From assembly GCA_002269645.1 (NCBI GenBank), contig NIVC01001165.1:158261-222260 (forward strand): a DNA stretch of 64,000 bases. Reading direction: 5' to 3'. The notes below the pieces were generated by a model. It had not been told where the DNA came from. It saw only the letters and a list, made by a program, of their open reading frames with translations, and made no database searches. The stretch comes from Macrostomum lignano. Taxonomy: Eukaryota. Made by a program: the position numbers and the translations under genes. Below, in pieces: positions 11,157 to 22,039 of this stretch (the first letter of the stretch is position 1; each line of letters opens with the position of its first letter).

Positions 11157-13856
11157 CTAGCGGCCTTCGATGTAGGACGAGATCTCAATCTCCTCGGGCA
11201 GCTCCGTGATGTTCACCTCGAAGCGGTTCTGCACATCGTTGAGGATTTTCACGTCGGCCTCGTCAGACACGAAGGTGATGGCCAGGCCCTTCGTGCCGAA
11301 ACGGCCTGCGCGGGCCACCTGGAAAGAGATTGGAAATAATTTAGATTGCGTGTCCGAACTGCACTACTGAGTGAATTGGAAAGTAGCCAGTAATACATTT
11401 CTGTTCATTTTTGTGCTTACATCCAAAAATTTAGGTTTATGAAGTGTCCGAGATCCCAATAATACCAGCTGTTTACCTTGTGCAGCTAAGTGTCCGAGAT
11501 TCCCCATCCCAGCTGCTCACTCTGTGCAGGTAAGTGTCCGAGATTCCCAATCATCCCAGCTGCTCACTCTGTGCAGGTAAGTGTCCAAGATTCCCAATCA
11601 TCCCAGCTGCTCACTCTGTGCAGGTAAGTGTCCGAAATTCCCAATCATCCCAGCTGCTCACCCTGCGCAGGTAAGTGTCCGAGATTCCACATCCCTGTGC
11701 AGGTAGGTGTCCGAGATCCCCATCCCAGCTGCTCACCCTGTGCAGGTAGGTGTCCGAGATCCCCCATCCCAGCTGCTCACTCTGTGCAGGTAAGTGTCCG
11801 AAATTCCCAATCATCTCAGCTGCTCACCCTGTGCAGGTAAGTGTCCGAGATTCCACATCCCTGTGCAGGTAGGTGTCCGAGATCCCCATCCCAGCTGCTC
11901 ACCCTGTGCAGGTAGGTGTCCGAGATCCCCCATCCCAGCTGCTCACCCTGAGCAGGTAAGTGTCCGATATTCCCCATCCCTGTGCAGGTAGGTGTCCGAG
12001 ATTCCCAATCATCCCAGCTGCTCAACCCGTGCAGGTAAGTGTCAGAGATTCTCAATCATCCAAGCTGCTCACCCTGTGCAGGTAAGTGTCCGAGATTCTC
12101 AATCATCCCAGCTGCTCACCCTGTGCAGGTAAGTGTCCGAGATTCCCCATCCCTGTGCAGGTAGGTGTCCGAGATTCCCAATCATCCCAGCTGCTCACCC
12201 TGTGCAGGTAGGTGTCCGAGTTCTCGGGCATGTCGTAGTTGAAGACGATGTTCACCCGCTCGATGTCCATGCCTCTGCCGAACAAGTTCGTGGCCACCAT
12301 GATCCTCTTCTCGAAGTTCTTGAAGCTCTGGTACTTCTCCAGCCGCTCCTCCTGAGTCATGCCGCGGTGGATGGCGATGGCGGGGAAGTTCTGCTCAACA
12401 AGCAGCTGCGACAGAGCCATGCAGCGCTGCACGGACTTGACGAAGATGATCACCTGCGGGAATTGGGGCCGGCAGGTCAGCTGAGCAGGCCTCATCTGTG
12501 CTCACTGAGTCAGCTGTCTGCATTGCTGAGCAGGCCTCATCTGTGCTCACTGAGTCAGCTGTCTGCATTGCTGAGCAGGCCTCATCTGTGCTCACTGAGT
12601 CAGCTGTCTGCATTGCTGAGCAGGCCTCATCTGTGCTCACTGAGTCAGCAGCTGTCTGCATTGCTGAGCAGGCCTCATCTGTGCTCACTGAGTCAGCTGT
12701 CTGCATTGCTGAGCAGGCCTCATCTGTGCTCACTGAGTCAGCAGCTGTCTGCATTGCTGAGCAGGCCTCATCTGTGCTCACTGAGTCAGCTGTCTGCATT
12801 GCTGAGCAGGCCTCATCTGTGCTCACTGAGTCAGCAGCTGTCTGCATTGCTGAGCAGGCCTCATCTGTGCTCACTGAGTCAGCTGTCTGCATTGCTGAGC
12901 AGGCCTCATCTGTGCTCACTGAGTCAGCTGTCTGCATTGCTGAGCAAGCCTCATCTGTGCAGACCCCAGCTGCCAGTCCGCTTTGTTCTCACCTGGTTAA
13001 ACTCCAGAACGTCGATCAGCTCAAACAGCTTGCGGTTCTTCTCATTCTCCTTCACCTTCAGGTAGTGCTGCTTGAGTCCGTGAAGGGTCAGCTTGCTCTC
13101 GTCATCGATGTAAATCTCCAGCGGGTCCTGCATGAACTTCTTGCAGATTGGCCGGATCTCCTTGCTCAGCGTGGCGCTGAACATCATCACCTGCTTCTGA
13201 TGAGGCGTCATCTTGAAGATCTCCTGCACATCCCTGCGCATGTCCAGCTGGTCCAGCATCTTGTCGCACTCGTCCAGCACAAAGTGCTTCACGGACTTCA
13301 GGCTCAGCGCTTTGTTGCGCACGAGGTCGAGCACCCTGCCAGGTGTGCCAACAACGATGTGGGGCATCGACTTCTTCAGCGCTTCGATGTCCTTCTTGAC
13401 CGGCACTCCGCCAAAGTACACGCTGATGTTCACCCCCGGCATGTACTTGGAGAACCTCTCGTACTCCTTGGAGATCTGGAAGGCCAGCTCTCTGGTGTGG
13501 CACAGCACAAGAACCCTCGGCTCGGCCTCATCAACGCTCTCCAGCTGCTGCAGAGTGGCCAGCACAAACACGGCAGTTTTGCCCATGCCTGACTTGGCCT
13601 GGCAGAGCACATCCATGCTCAGGATGGCCTGCGGGATGCATTCGTGCTGCACCTCGCTGGGGTGCTCAAAGCCGCAGTCCACGATGGCCCGCAGCAGCTC
13701 CGGCTTCAGCAGGAAGTCCCTGAATCCTGAGCTGTGGATTGTCACGTAGGAGCCCTTGTGACCTGCCTTCTTGCCTTCCGATACCTTGGCAACGTTGGTT
13801 CCGGCCTCAGCCTCCTGCTCCTCATCATCATAGTCCAGCAGCTCTGGGTCGGCCAT
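11157..13856 (-). CDS. DDX39B: DEAD(DECD)-box RNA helicase DDX39/UAP56, complete, 3 exons (13856-12993, 12453-12199, 11318-11157), 426 aa
   Basis: [63 protein letters not shown]|[11 protein letters not shown]. Two phase-0 GT-AG introns. Confidence 0.97.
11443..12220. repeat. Minisatellite of about 47/32-bp units, about 18 copies, derived from the DDX39 exon 2/intron 2 junction
   Basis: Minus-strand unit TCGGACAC(C/T)TACCTGCACAGGGTGAGCAGCTGGGATGATTGGGAATC begins with the SDTYLHR codons and contains the donor site. Confidence 0.95.
12480..12960. repeat. 45/48-bp minisatellite, about 10 copies, DDX39 intron 1
   Basis: Unit ctgagcaggcctcatctgtgctcactgagtcagctgtctgcattg. Confidence 0.96.
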
Positions 13857-14999
13857 GGCAGTGCTTTGCTGCAATAACAGATAAATATGAATATGAATAT
13901 TATTATTATTGTCATTTAAATATACTTTTGAGAGACAATTTTACAGTCTGATCAAAGTATATAGTTTGAATGTAAATTTTTATAAGGACTTTCAAGACCT
14001 TCTATATTTAATTGGAAGTGATACAAGAGTTAAGTCAATAGTAAATACTTAGATTTTGTTATAGACATGACATTTAAGTATATTTTTTAGCTGTAAGATT
14101 ATCTTAGTTTAAAACTTTTAGTTTCATTAATTTTGTCAGTCAAACTACAATAGCTATTGCTGGGTCTCCAGTTTAGTAAATACTGAGTATGTCATACAGT
14201 TGTCTCTATCTTTTTCCTTGATTTTGTGCTCTTTCTATCTGGGGGATGCTTGCTTCTATAAGCTATAAGCTTTATAAGTCGTCTTCATCTGGTATCTGAC
14301 AGCACAATCAATCAATGAAAAAGCTTAGATGTTCTTCATCCAGTGAAAATGAAATGGCTCATTGAAAATGAAGGTTAAAATAACTAATAGCCTGAAGGTT
14401 GATTAATGTGACTTTGGGTAAATAAATGTTACTTGATATTACTTTACATAGTTTTTATTTCTGTTAATTTACAAGTTTTTTAACCAAAATTAACCTACAA
14501 AGTGTGTGTGATTAATTAACATAATTTTGCTTTTTAGAAAGTTAAATTGTGGTAAATTAACCAAACAAAAGTTACTTTTCGTCCATTTACTTGAAAAAGA
14601 TTATGTATTAAAATAACATTTGATAGATTCCTCCAATTAAATGCTAATGATGTTTGTGTTTCAAATACTAAGCAGGATTCTATGTGGCCCATTAAATCAA
14701 CAATTTCAAATGTAAATCCCCACTTGCAATAGTCACTTGACACTTTTGATAAGCAAAGATACTTTGGTTTGCTTTGTTTGAGCATGTGGTGCAACTTGAG
14801 AATCAACCATGGGATGCTGAAAATAACTCCATCAATGTTACTATGTTGCTTAAACTTTCACATATTTTGTGCAACCTACCTGCCCTAGCTAGCATCATCC
14901 AAATAAATGTTCACAATGTTTTCTCATGTCTTAAGTGTATAGATACTAAGAACAGAACAGTATGAGGATAAAAAGGGTAGATCTGTCATGTTGTACAGC

Positions 15000-15300
15000 T
15001 TGCAGAACAACTTATCTGCCTGAAACTATTGCCAATTTTTGAGAATATGCTATTGAAGCAACTGTAACAAACAAAGAAATTTTTGGTCTAAAGTTGGTCT
15101 TTTCATTGATGAATTTGTAGAAATGCTGACTAATGTAATTTTACATGTCTTTTTAAGGCAATTTAAAAAACTAATCACATATGCCAAAAAGTCCACAATG
15201 GCCAACATGCCCTTGAAGCACTAAACTGACATCTTCAAAAGCAGCCTATTCCTCAATTCCTCATCATAGAAAGCATATACCCTAAAGAACTTTTCTGTTT
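15000..15300 (-). pseudogene. Possible very degenerate hAT (Buster-like) transposase fragment
   Basis: Minus translation ...IVDFLAYVISFLNCL... resembles the LAYL.DIF..LN motif; many stops. Confidence 0.3.
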
Positions 15301-15439
15301 TTTAGTAAGTCACTAGTTTAGTTTAGGTGCCACACTAGTCAGCTGTCTCCTTGCTCTTGCCCTGGGCTTCTGTCTGTGGCTGAACAGTTGCCTATCTTTT
15401 CTTACCTGTCTCCCTTGTCCTCTTCCTGTTCTCATGTGC

Positions 15440-15930
15440 TAGCAGCTGCCAAAGGTCATCCTGACCAAGTCTCTAGATGCCAAGGTGCTCTAGGAGCTCC
15501 ACAGTTTGCCACTATGTGGACACCTAGGCCAATGAGACACTAATATGGCTACATGAATGGTTTTGTGCCATTCAGATTAGCCTGTGCCATTGAGAACTCC
15601 AATATTAAGTGCCGTGCCTGATTAGAGAGTAAATTGCAAAAGCAAGACAAGGTTCCTATATAGAGCTTTCCATTGTGTAAAGTTCTGGGAAGAGAATATT
15701 GTGATATTAGGCACTATTGCTCAGAAGAGCAAGAGTGGGAACAGCTACATCTTGACACTATGTGACATGACATTAAAGCACCCATTTGCCTATCCAATGA
15801 AGAACTAGAAAGCCAAGACAGTTATCAAGATCCTACAGGATTGCTTCATCCCTGACTTTGGTATACCCTACTAGATACACACTTATTAAGGAACCAACTT
15901 TACTGGCTTAGCTTTCAAGAAGTTCCGTGA
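15440..15930 (+). pseudogene. Heavily decayed Ty3/Gypsy integrase fragment
   Basis: Translation fragments LHSLPLCGHLG, KSKSGNSYILTLCD, AYPMKN*KAKTVIKIL..FIPDFGIP and GTNFTGLAFKKF, interrupted by stops. Confidence 0.7.
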
Positions 15931-17449
15931 CCTATTTGGCATTAGCATACAGTGACAACTCAGTACTGTATGATGAGCACTACTTGAATTTTCTCACTAC
16001 CAAGAAGCTAAAAAATGGTGACTTGGTCTTCCTTAACAACCTAGTGCTCAAACTGAATGAGGTGGCAAGTTTTATCAACCTTACAAAGCATTGTGCAAGG
16101 CCATCAAGCCCAAGGGCAAGGTCATCTACAATAATATAAAATGCAAACTACCAAACCTGCAAGCTAGACAAGATAAACTAGTGGTTCATCACTGGAACAC
16201 TGACCTTTGTTCTGGAAGTTGACAAGGACAAGAAGTGCTAAAAGCCAACTAATTTCACAGATAATGCAGGACCTACAACCCTGACACCCATCTTTGAAGA
16301 TGATAACAATGATGACAATGACTGATACAAGGACAGCTTTCTGGTGGCACTTCTGGCCATTAGTAATCCTGGACATGCAGCCAGAAGGTAGACCAGTCCT
16401 GAGTCCCAACATTAGCAAACTTGGCAAATATACTTTGGCGTGAGCTACTGCTATATGGTAAATTCTATCTGAATAGGCCTGGTATGAATATATTTGAACC
16501 TATTTCTTTTTCACCTGTCCATGTGTCCATTCTCTCTAACCCTGTTTTTGCAGTGTAGTCTCCTATACCACTTTTGCACTGGTTAGATAGAAGTGTTTAA
16601 GAAAGCCAAGACAGAAAGCTCACTACTCTACTAATAGAGTAGGTAGGCCAATCAAGGATTGGAGACTACAGAAAGGCTTCTGATTAGTGATCCTAGAGCC
16701 AAGACATACATTAGTTGCACTGCCTACATGCACACACACAAAATAACACATTTCAACATAGAGAGATATACTCTTAACATTTCTAGAAAAGCATCAAGTG
16801 CTTGCCATCAGAGTGCTTTCTGCCACTAGAGTGCCACCACAGTAATTTTCATAAGATTCCTTGAGAGAATTCCCAGAATGTTTTCTTGCATGCCTTTAAT
16901 TATACACCACAAAAAATTATTTCAGATTATTAATGTGCATTTGCTGTTTCATATTCTTGATTACTATGGTACTTTATAGATCAATAGTCAGAAATATTGC
17001 CATACTATTTTTTTTGAATCAAGAATGAGAGTTTTCAAAGGTTTCATCAAGGGCATAAGATTTCATAGAAAGCAAATTGTCAAAAAGTTTTGCTTAGAAA
17101 GAATCATTCACTTTTATTTTTTTAGCCATGGCATTTGCAAACCCATTTTGATAATATTGCTACTGCAATTAAAAACCCTTTGAATAGAAATCATATTTTG
17201 TATATATGCACAACATTGGAAATCACCTGGCTATTTCTATTAGCAACACACACATGTAAGTTGCTATTGGCTTAGAGCAGTCACATGACTACTATTTTGT
17301 CTAACAGCTGGATGAATCCCAAGCATACATGCGCAACCTCCAAAATTTGGTCGGCCGTGCGACTTAGTTTTAACAAAAATGCGACGTAGTTTTCGGCCAA
17401 AAATGCGACTTACATGAAAAAAACCTGAAAGCAAAATTAACGCAACTTT

Positions 17450-17514
17450 GGGTAAACGGCAGGAGTAACTATAACTGTCTTTATTAAGGCAAAATGCTTC
17501 GTCAGCTACTTAAT
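17450..17514 (+). other. Diverged 28S rRNA-derived fragment (region around the R2/I-PpoI/Pokey target site) inside the hAT left end
   Basis: GGGTAAACGGCAGGAGTAACTATAACTGTCTT matches the eukaryotic LSU GGGTAAACGGCGGGAGTAACTATGACTCTCTT at all but 3 positions, followed by AAATGCTTCGTCA versus AAATGCCTCGTCA. Not an rRNA gene. Confidence 0.75.
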
Positions 17515-18054
17515 ACTACTTTGGTATTTATTTGGGTGGGCATTTTTGCAACTTACCTTGGTTGGCCGCCAAATCAGTCGTCCATATCGGCCAACTATTG
17601 TGCATGTATGGTTTTGACTCTTGTCATTCCTAATCGTATTTGTACCCCATGTGGCACTAGAACAGTACACTTGACACGGAGTGTTTTAGGCATGATTGTA
17701 CAGTGTAAGGTTGCAAAAGTGGGGAGTGGCAGAGATACATATGTATATATAGCTGTATGAGTATGATGGCACAAGCTAAGGCTAAGTCAATGCATGCAGC
17801 GATAAAAGCAGTCTGTAAAGCCAAATAGTGAAAGTTAACCTTAACTTATAGCACCTTGGCAGCCTATGCTGTCTGCCTGCATCTGATACGAGCATATAAC
17901 TAAACTACCAAGGCAATTGGTTGTATTTACACTTACTTTCTGTACATGAATTGGTAAAGGTAAGGGCTTTTAAATGTTTTATTTATATAGTAATACTCAT
18001 AAATCAATTTTATTTTATCACCAAAATCATATACTCGACTTAATCTTTCACAGA

Positions 18055-21000
18055 ATGATGTACAGCCTTAGTTGTCTTTGCCTACTGATTCTAAGTGGCA
18101 TCCTAGCTATCAATGGTATTCTAGCTGAGAGTGAGTGCTCAATTGTTATAAATGAGTTAAATACTGATGAGCCTAATATTGGATCTCAAGAATTTTCAGA
18201 GTTCATTGAGCTGAAGAAAGTTTGTTCCACAACTGCAATGCTATTAGGATCAGTGCCAGTGAGACTCCGTGATTTTCTTCTGATTGGAGTTCAAGAATAT
18301 AGCGGCGATTTTAGATGACCTGTGGTTTCATTTTCTGCTGACTTCTATCGGTCCTCGGGCTTCAAAACGGACAGCAGTTTCTTTGTTATTGCATCAAAAG
18401 AGAAGCAGGAAGCAGCAGATATGTTTTTTACCGATACATCTATTGGGTATCAGGGAAAAACTAGACATGGGCTGCCAAGTTCCGCTCCTAGTGGATCATC
18501 GCAGTCATCCATCATTGATTTTTTCAAGTCTGCTAGTAAGACAATTCCAACAGAACCAAATGCATTAAAGAATGGGAATGGTAAAAGTGCTATGGCCATT
18601 ATTCTCTTGTATCAACGAGACTTTTCTAGATCAGAATCGGACAGTTCAAGTTCCACAACTGCCAGTAGCATTGGAAAACTGCGACTAGCTAAAATGCATG
18701 CAACACAAAGAAGACCTGTTTATGAAGATAAAATTATCATTGATAACTCATCAGCTGAAATTATTAGGAACAATGTGCATGACATGATCATCTATGCACG
18801 AAGTACACAAAATAACAGGTGCACATTTTTTTAGTCCATTTATCGTAGGCTAAGAGACAAGCCCAACTACATCTTAAAGCCAGCAAGAGAATGGGATGAA
18901 CTTGGTCATGAGGACTATTCAATAAACCGGTGCCCTGAATCCAGCAGTGAGTTACGAAAGCCTTTGCTTTTTACAAGGTGGAAACTTGGACAGTTGACTC
19001 CAGGTAGAGAAAATGACTGCTCAGGTGCTCATTGGATTTTAGAGGACAATATTGAAGCCATCATAAATACACCTTCAAGAGAAGCAGGTACATTGGCAGA
19101 CTCAGCATTAGCATCTGCTTCATCAGCAACAGAAAGAATCGAAATGCGACTAGCTCCTGCTCCAGCTCCATGTTCTGAAAGCTCACACCGTAGTGAATTG
19201 GCCAGGTCCTATGAATTTTCAGAGCAAATAGCAGCTAATCGAGATCATGCTGTTCAAACTGCTGCTGCAGAAACTTCTAATTTTTGCTCTGCTGCAAATG
19301 TACAGGAAAGAAGAGAGTTGTTGGAGAATGACCAGCAAACAAGCAAACTACAAGTAGAAATTATTAGGCAAGTAAATATTCAAAGACAATCAACGAAACG
19401 ATCACTTTGCCAAAGTCCTATTGTTGATTTAGATTCGAGCGACTCAAGGGGTTCAGGTGATGTTGAAATAGTACAAGTAAATACTGCAGAAGCAGGGCCA
19501 TCGCAAAAAAAATACCATGCATAAGCACATCTGCAGACGCATGTCTAGCCACTTCAGCATCAAAGCCCTCGTCTTCCTCTATGATGGGCGAAAATATTGA
19601 AGTTTTCCCTAAAAAGGACTGGGAGGATACATCTGGTTTTCGAGAGGAGTGGTTACATTCTTTGGAGATGCACCAGTCACAGTAAGTAAATGGAAACTGA
19701 CGAACTGTAAATTAATGTATAGTGTATTGTGTATTGCACTTATTAGCATATTGCTTTTAGATACTCACAAATAGTCCAAATCCCAAAATATTCTCTAATT
19801 TGACCATTGCAGATCATTTTCAAGAAAATTTGTGTCACAAGAAATGAAGACATGGTTTCAATATGTTCAAAACACCGAAGATCTATCAAGATCTGGAATA
19901 CAATGTCGGATCTGCAGAAAATTTTTGAATGCACATAAGAAAAAGGAGACAAATCTAGAGAGCCAACGTAAGTTAACTTTTGCAACAGAACAAGGCTACA
20001 TTCCCAAAGGTCATGCAAAAGATAGCGTACGAAGAAAACTACAGGAACATTCATCAAATACACTTCAGTGACGCCATAAAGTGGATGAAGGAAAAACATA
20101 CTTCAGTTCTTGCAAAGCAACTCAAACAGATGAATGAGGCCGCTAGACTAGCTAAAACTAAACGAGATGAAATAATAGCCCGAGTTTTGACAACAGTTTA
20201 TGCCGAAGTCAAATCTAATATTCCATTCAGTGCTCATCCAAATATGATTGATTTACAAGTAAAAAATGGGTTGGATATGGGGAGCCATCATAAGCATCGC
20301 AAAAGTGCCGCAGCAATGGTGGAATCAATCAGTAATACAATGCATCGGACATTTGTGAATTACATTAAAAGTGCTGACAACCTTCCAATTTCTATTGTAC
20401 TAGATACAACGTCTGATATTCATTCAAACAGCTACGTCATGATATACTTCAGAGTTCTTGAAAACAGCCAACATTTGATGTTTTTTATCGGTTTAAACGT
20501 CTGACTGAAGTAGAGACTGGACGAAGCATTTATGAACTTCTCATCCGTTTATTTTCGGATGACAAGCTAGAAGATGAAATCAAACGAAGGCTATTGGGGG
20601 TGACAACTGATGGTGCATCCGTAATGACAGGAAGTCGAGTGGGATTAATAAGTCAACTGAGGCCTTGGGCTAGCAAACAATTTTTTCAGCACCATTGTGC
20701 AGCGCATAAGTTAGAACTTTCAATCTATCATGCCTTTGAAATCTTCCCATTTATGCAACATCTCGATAAGAATATAAATTCTCTACACAAATTTTATATG
20801 AGCCACGCTGTTAAACGTAAGGCATCTTTGGCACAAACTTCGGAAGCACTCAACTTGGTTTTCTATGAATTAAAAAGAATATATCGCATCAGGTGGGTTG
20901 CATCGGAAGTGTCTGCTCTTGATGTGATTCGAAAGTCGTACTACTTGCTTCTGACAAATTTAGAAAATATCAAATCACCTTCCTCAGGCTTTGATGACGA

Positions 21001-21835
21001 AAGTAAAGCAACTGCCTCTGGATTATTGAAAACATTGCAAAATGTCCGGTATTATTCATTACATCTATTTCTCATGGACATTCTAAAATTACTGGAATTT
21101 GAGTCCTTGCAGTTTCAAAGAGCCAAGGGTACATTTATTGGCTTGCAAGAACGCCACACTAACCTTATCCATTCACTAGAAACCTTAAAAACGAACAATG
21201 GTCCTCGCATTGTGGACTTTTTGGCTTCCTGCAAGTGTCGTCGAGTTTTGGGAACTGCAGATGGATATCCGCAGCTGGAATACCATTCAGGATGTCACAC
21301 AAGAGACCTATCTTATTCTAACTTTGCTTGTCCTTCCGGCCCTGGAAGCAGCGATCCAACAGAGAGGTTTGAGTTGAAGCAACCAGGTTCTGCTGCAGAC
21401 AGATCTCTAAGAAATAGATTATTTGATGCTAGTGGACGTGGCAGTGTTGTTGACATGGGAGCTTATCCAGCACTGGATGAGATTCGCAGTCGAATCATTG
21501 ATAGCATAATTGATCAGCTGCGTAATTATTTTCCTGAGGATGACTACTCAATATTTAATGTGCTCAACCCAGTGTTATTGCCTAATGCTGAAACATTACA
21601 TACTGTCTTTACATACAGTTCGAGAATCATACCTCTTGCTAGACGGTTTGGAATGGAAGATGACAGCTCTGAATCTGAAACAGAGGACCATCTTTCTGAT
21701 TCAGACTCTAGAGATGCAGATGCTTCAGAACGCGCTACAGAAAGGACAATCTCTGGTCAGACTACAGTTCTTCTAAGTTCATATATAAGACCGTTAGAAT
21801 CTTGCAGTTTTAATTTGCTAATTAAATATTATTAA
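18055..21835 (+). pseudogene. Disrupted gene: signal peptide + lamin-tail-like domain + zinc finger + ZNF862/KIAA1586-type hAT transposase
   Basis: One frame from 18055 to 19524 broken only by in-frame stops at 18316 and 18832 (IVINELNTDE...EFIELK; YSINRCP; KLGQLTPGRENDCSGAHWILE). After frameshifts and a probable intron come CRIC, IVLDTTSD, TTDGASVMTG, HCAAHKLEL and IRWVAS transposase motifs. Confidence 0.8.
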
Positions 21836-22039
21836 AAGTATGATTTGCAATTGTAATAGGGCTGAAAAATTACTGCTTATAAGTTATTCTATCCCTATTT
21901 CTATTCCTTAGCCATTTCTGGCTTCGTAATTCTTAATTTTTCAAATTGATGCGTTAATGCACACGTAGCCTACACCCTAGTAAGTGATACATTAAATTCA
22001 TCCTAAACTAATCCTATCCTAATAATCCTAAAGATGCTC

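Noticed and set aside
13102-13749. Overlapping antisense and alternate-frame ORFs in DDX39, BEL pol and Gypsy pol
   Set aside because: These are shadows of GC3-rich coding sequence with no independent motifs.
17450-17514. rRNA gene or organellar insertion
   Set aside because: Only about 65 bp, diverged, with no flanking rRNA sequence.
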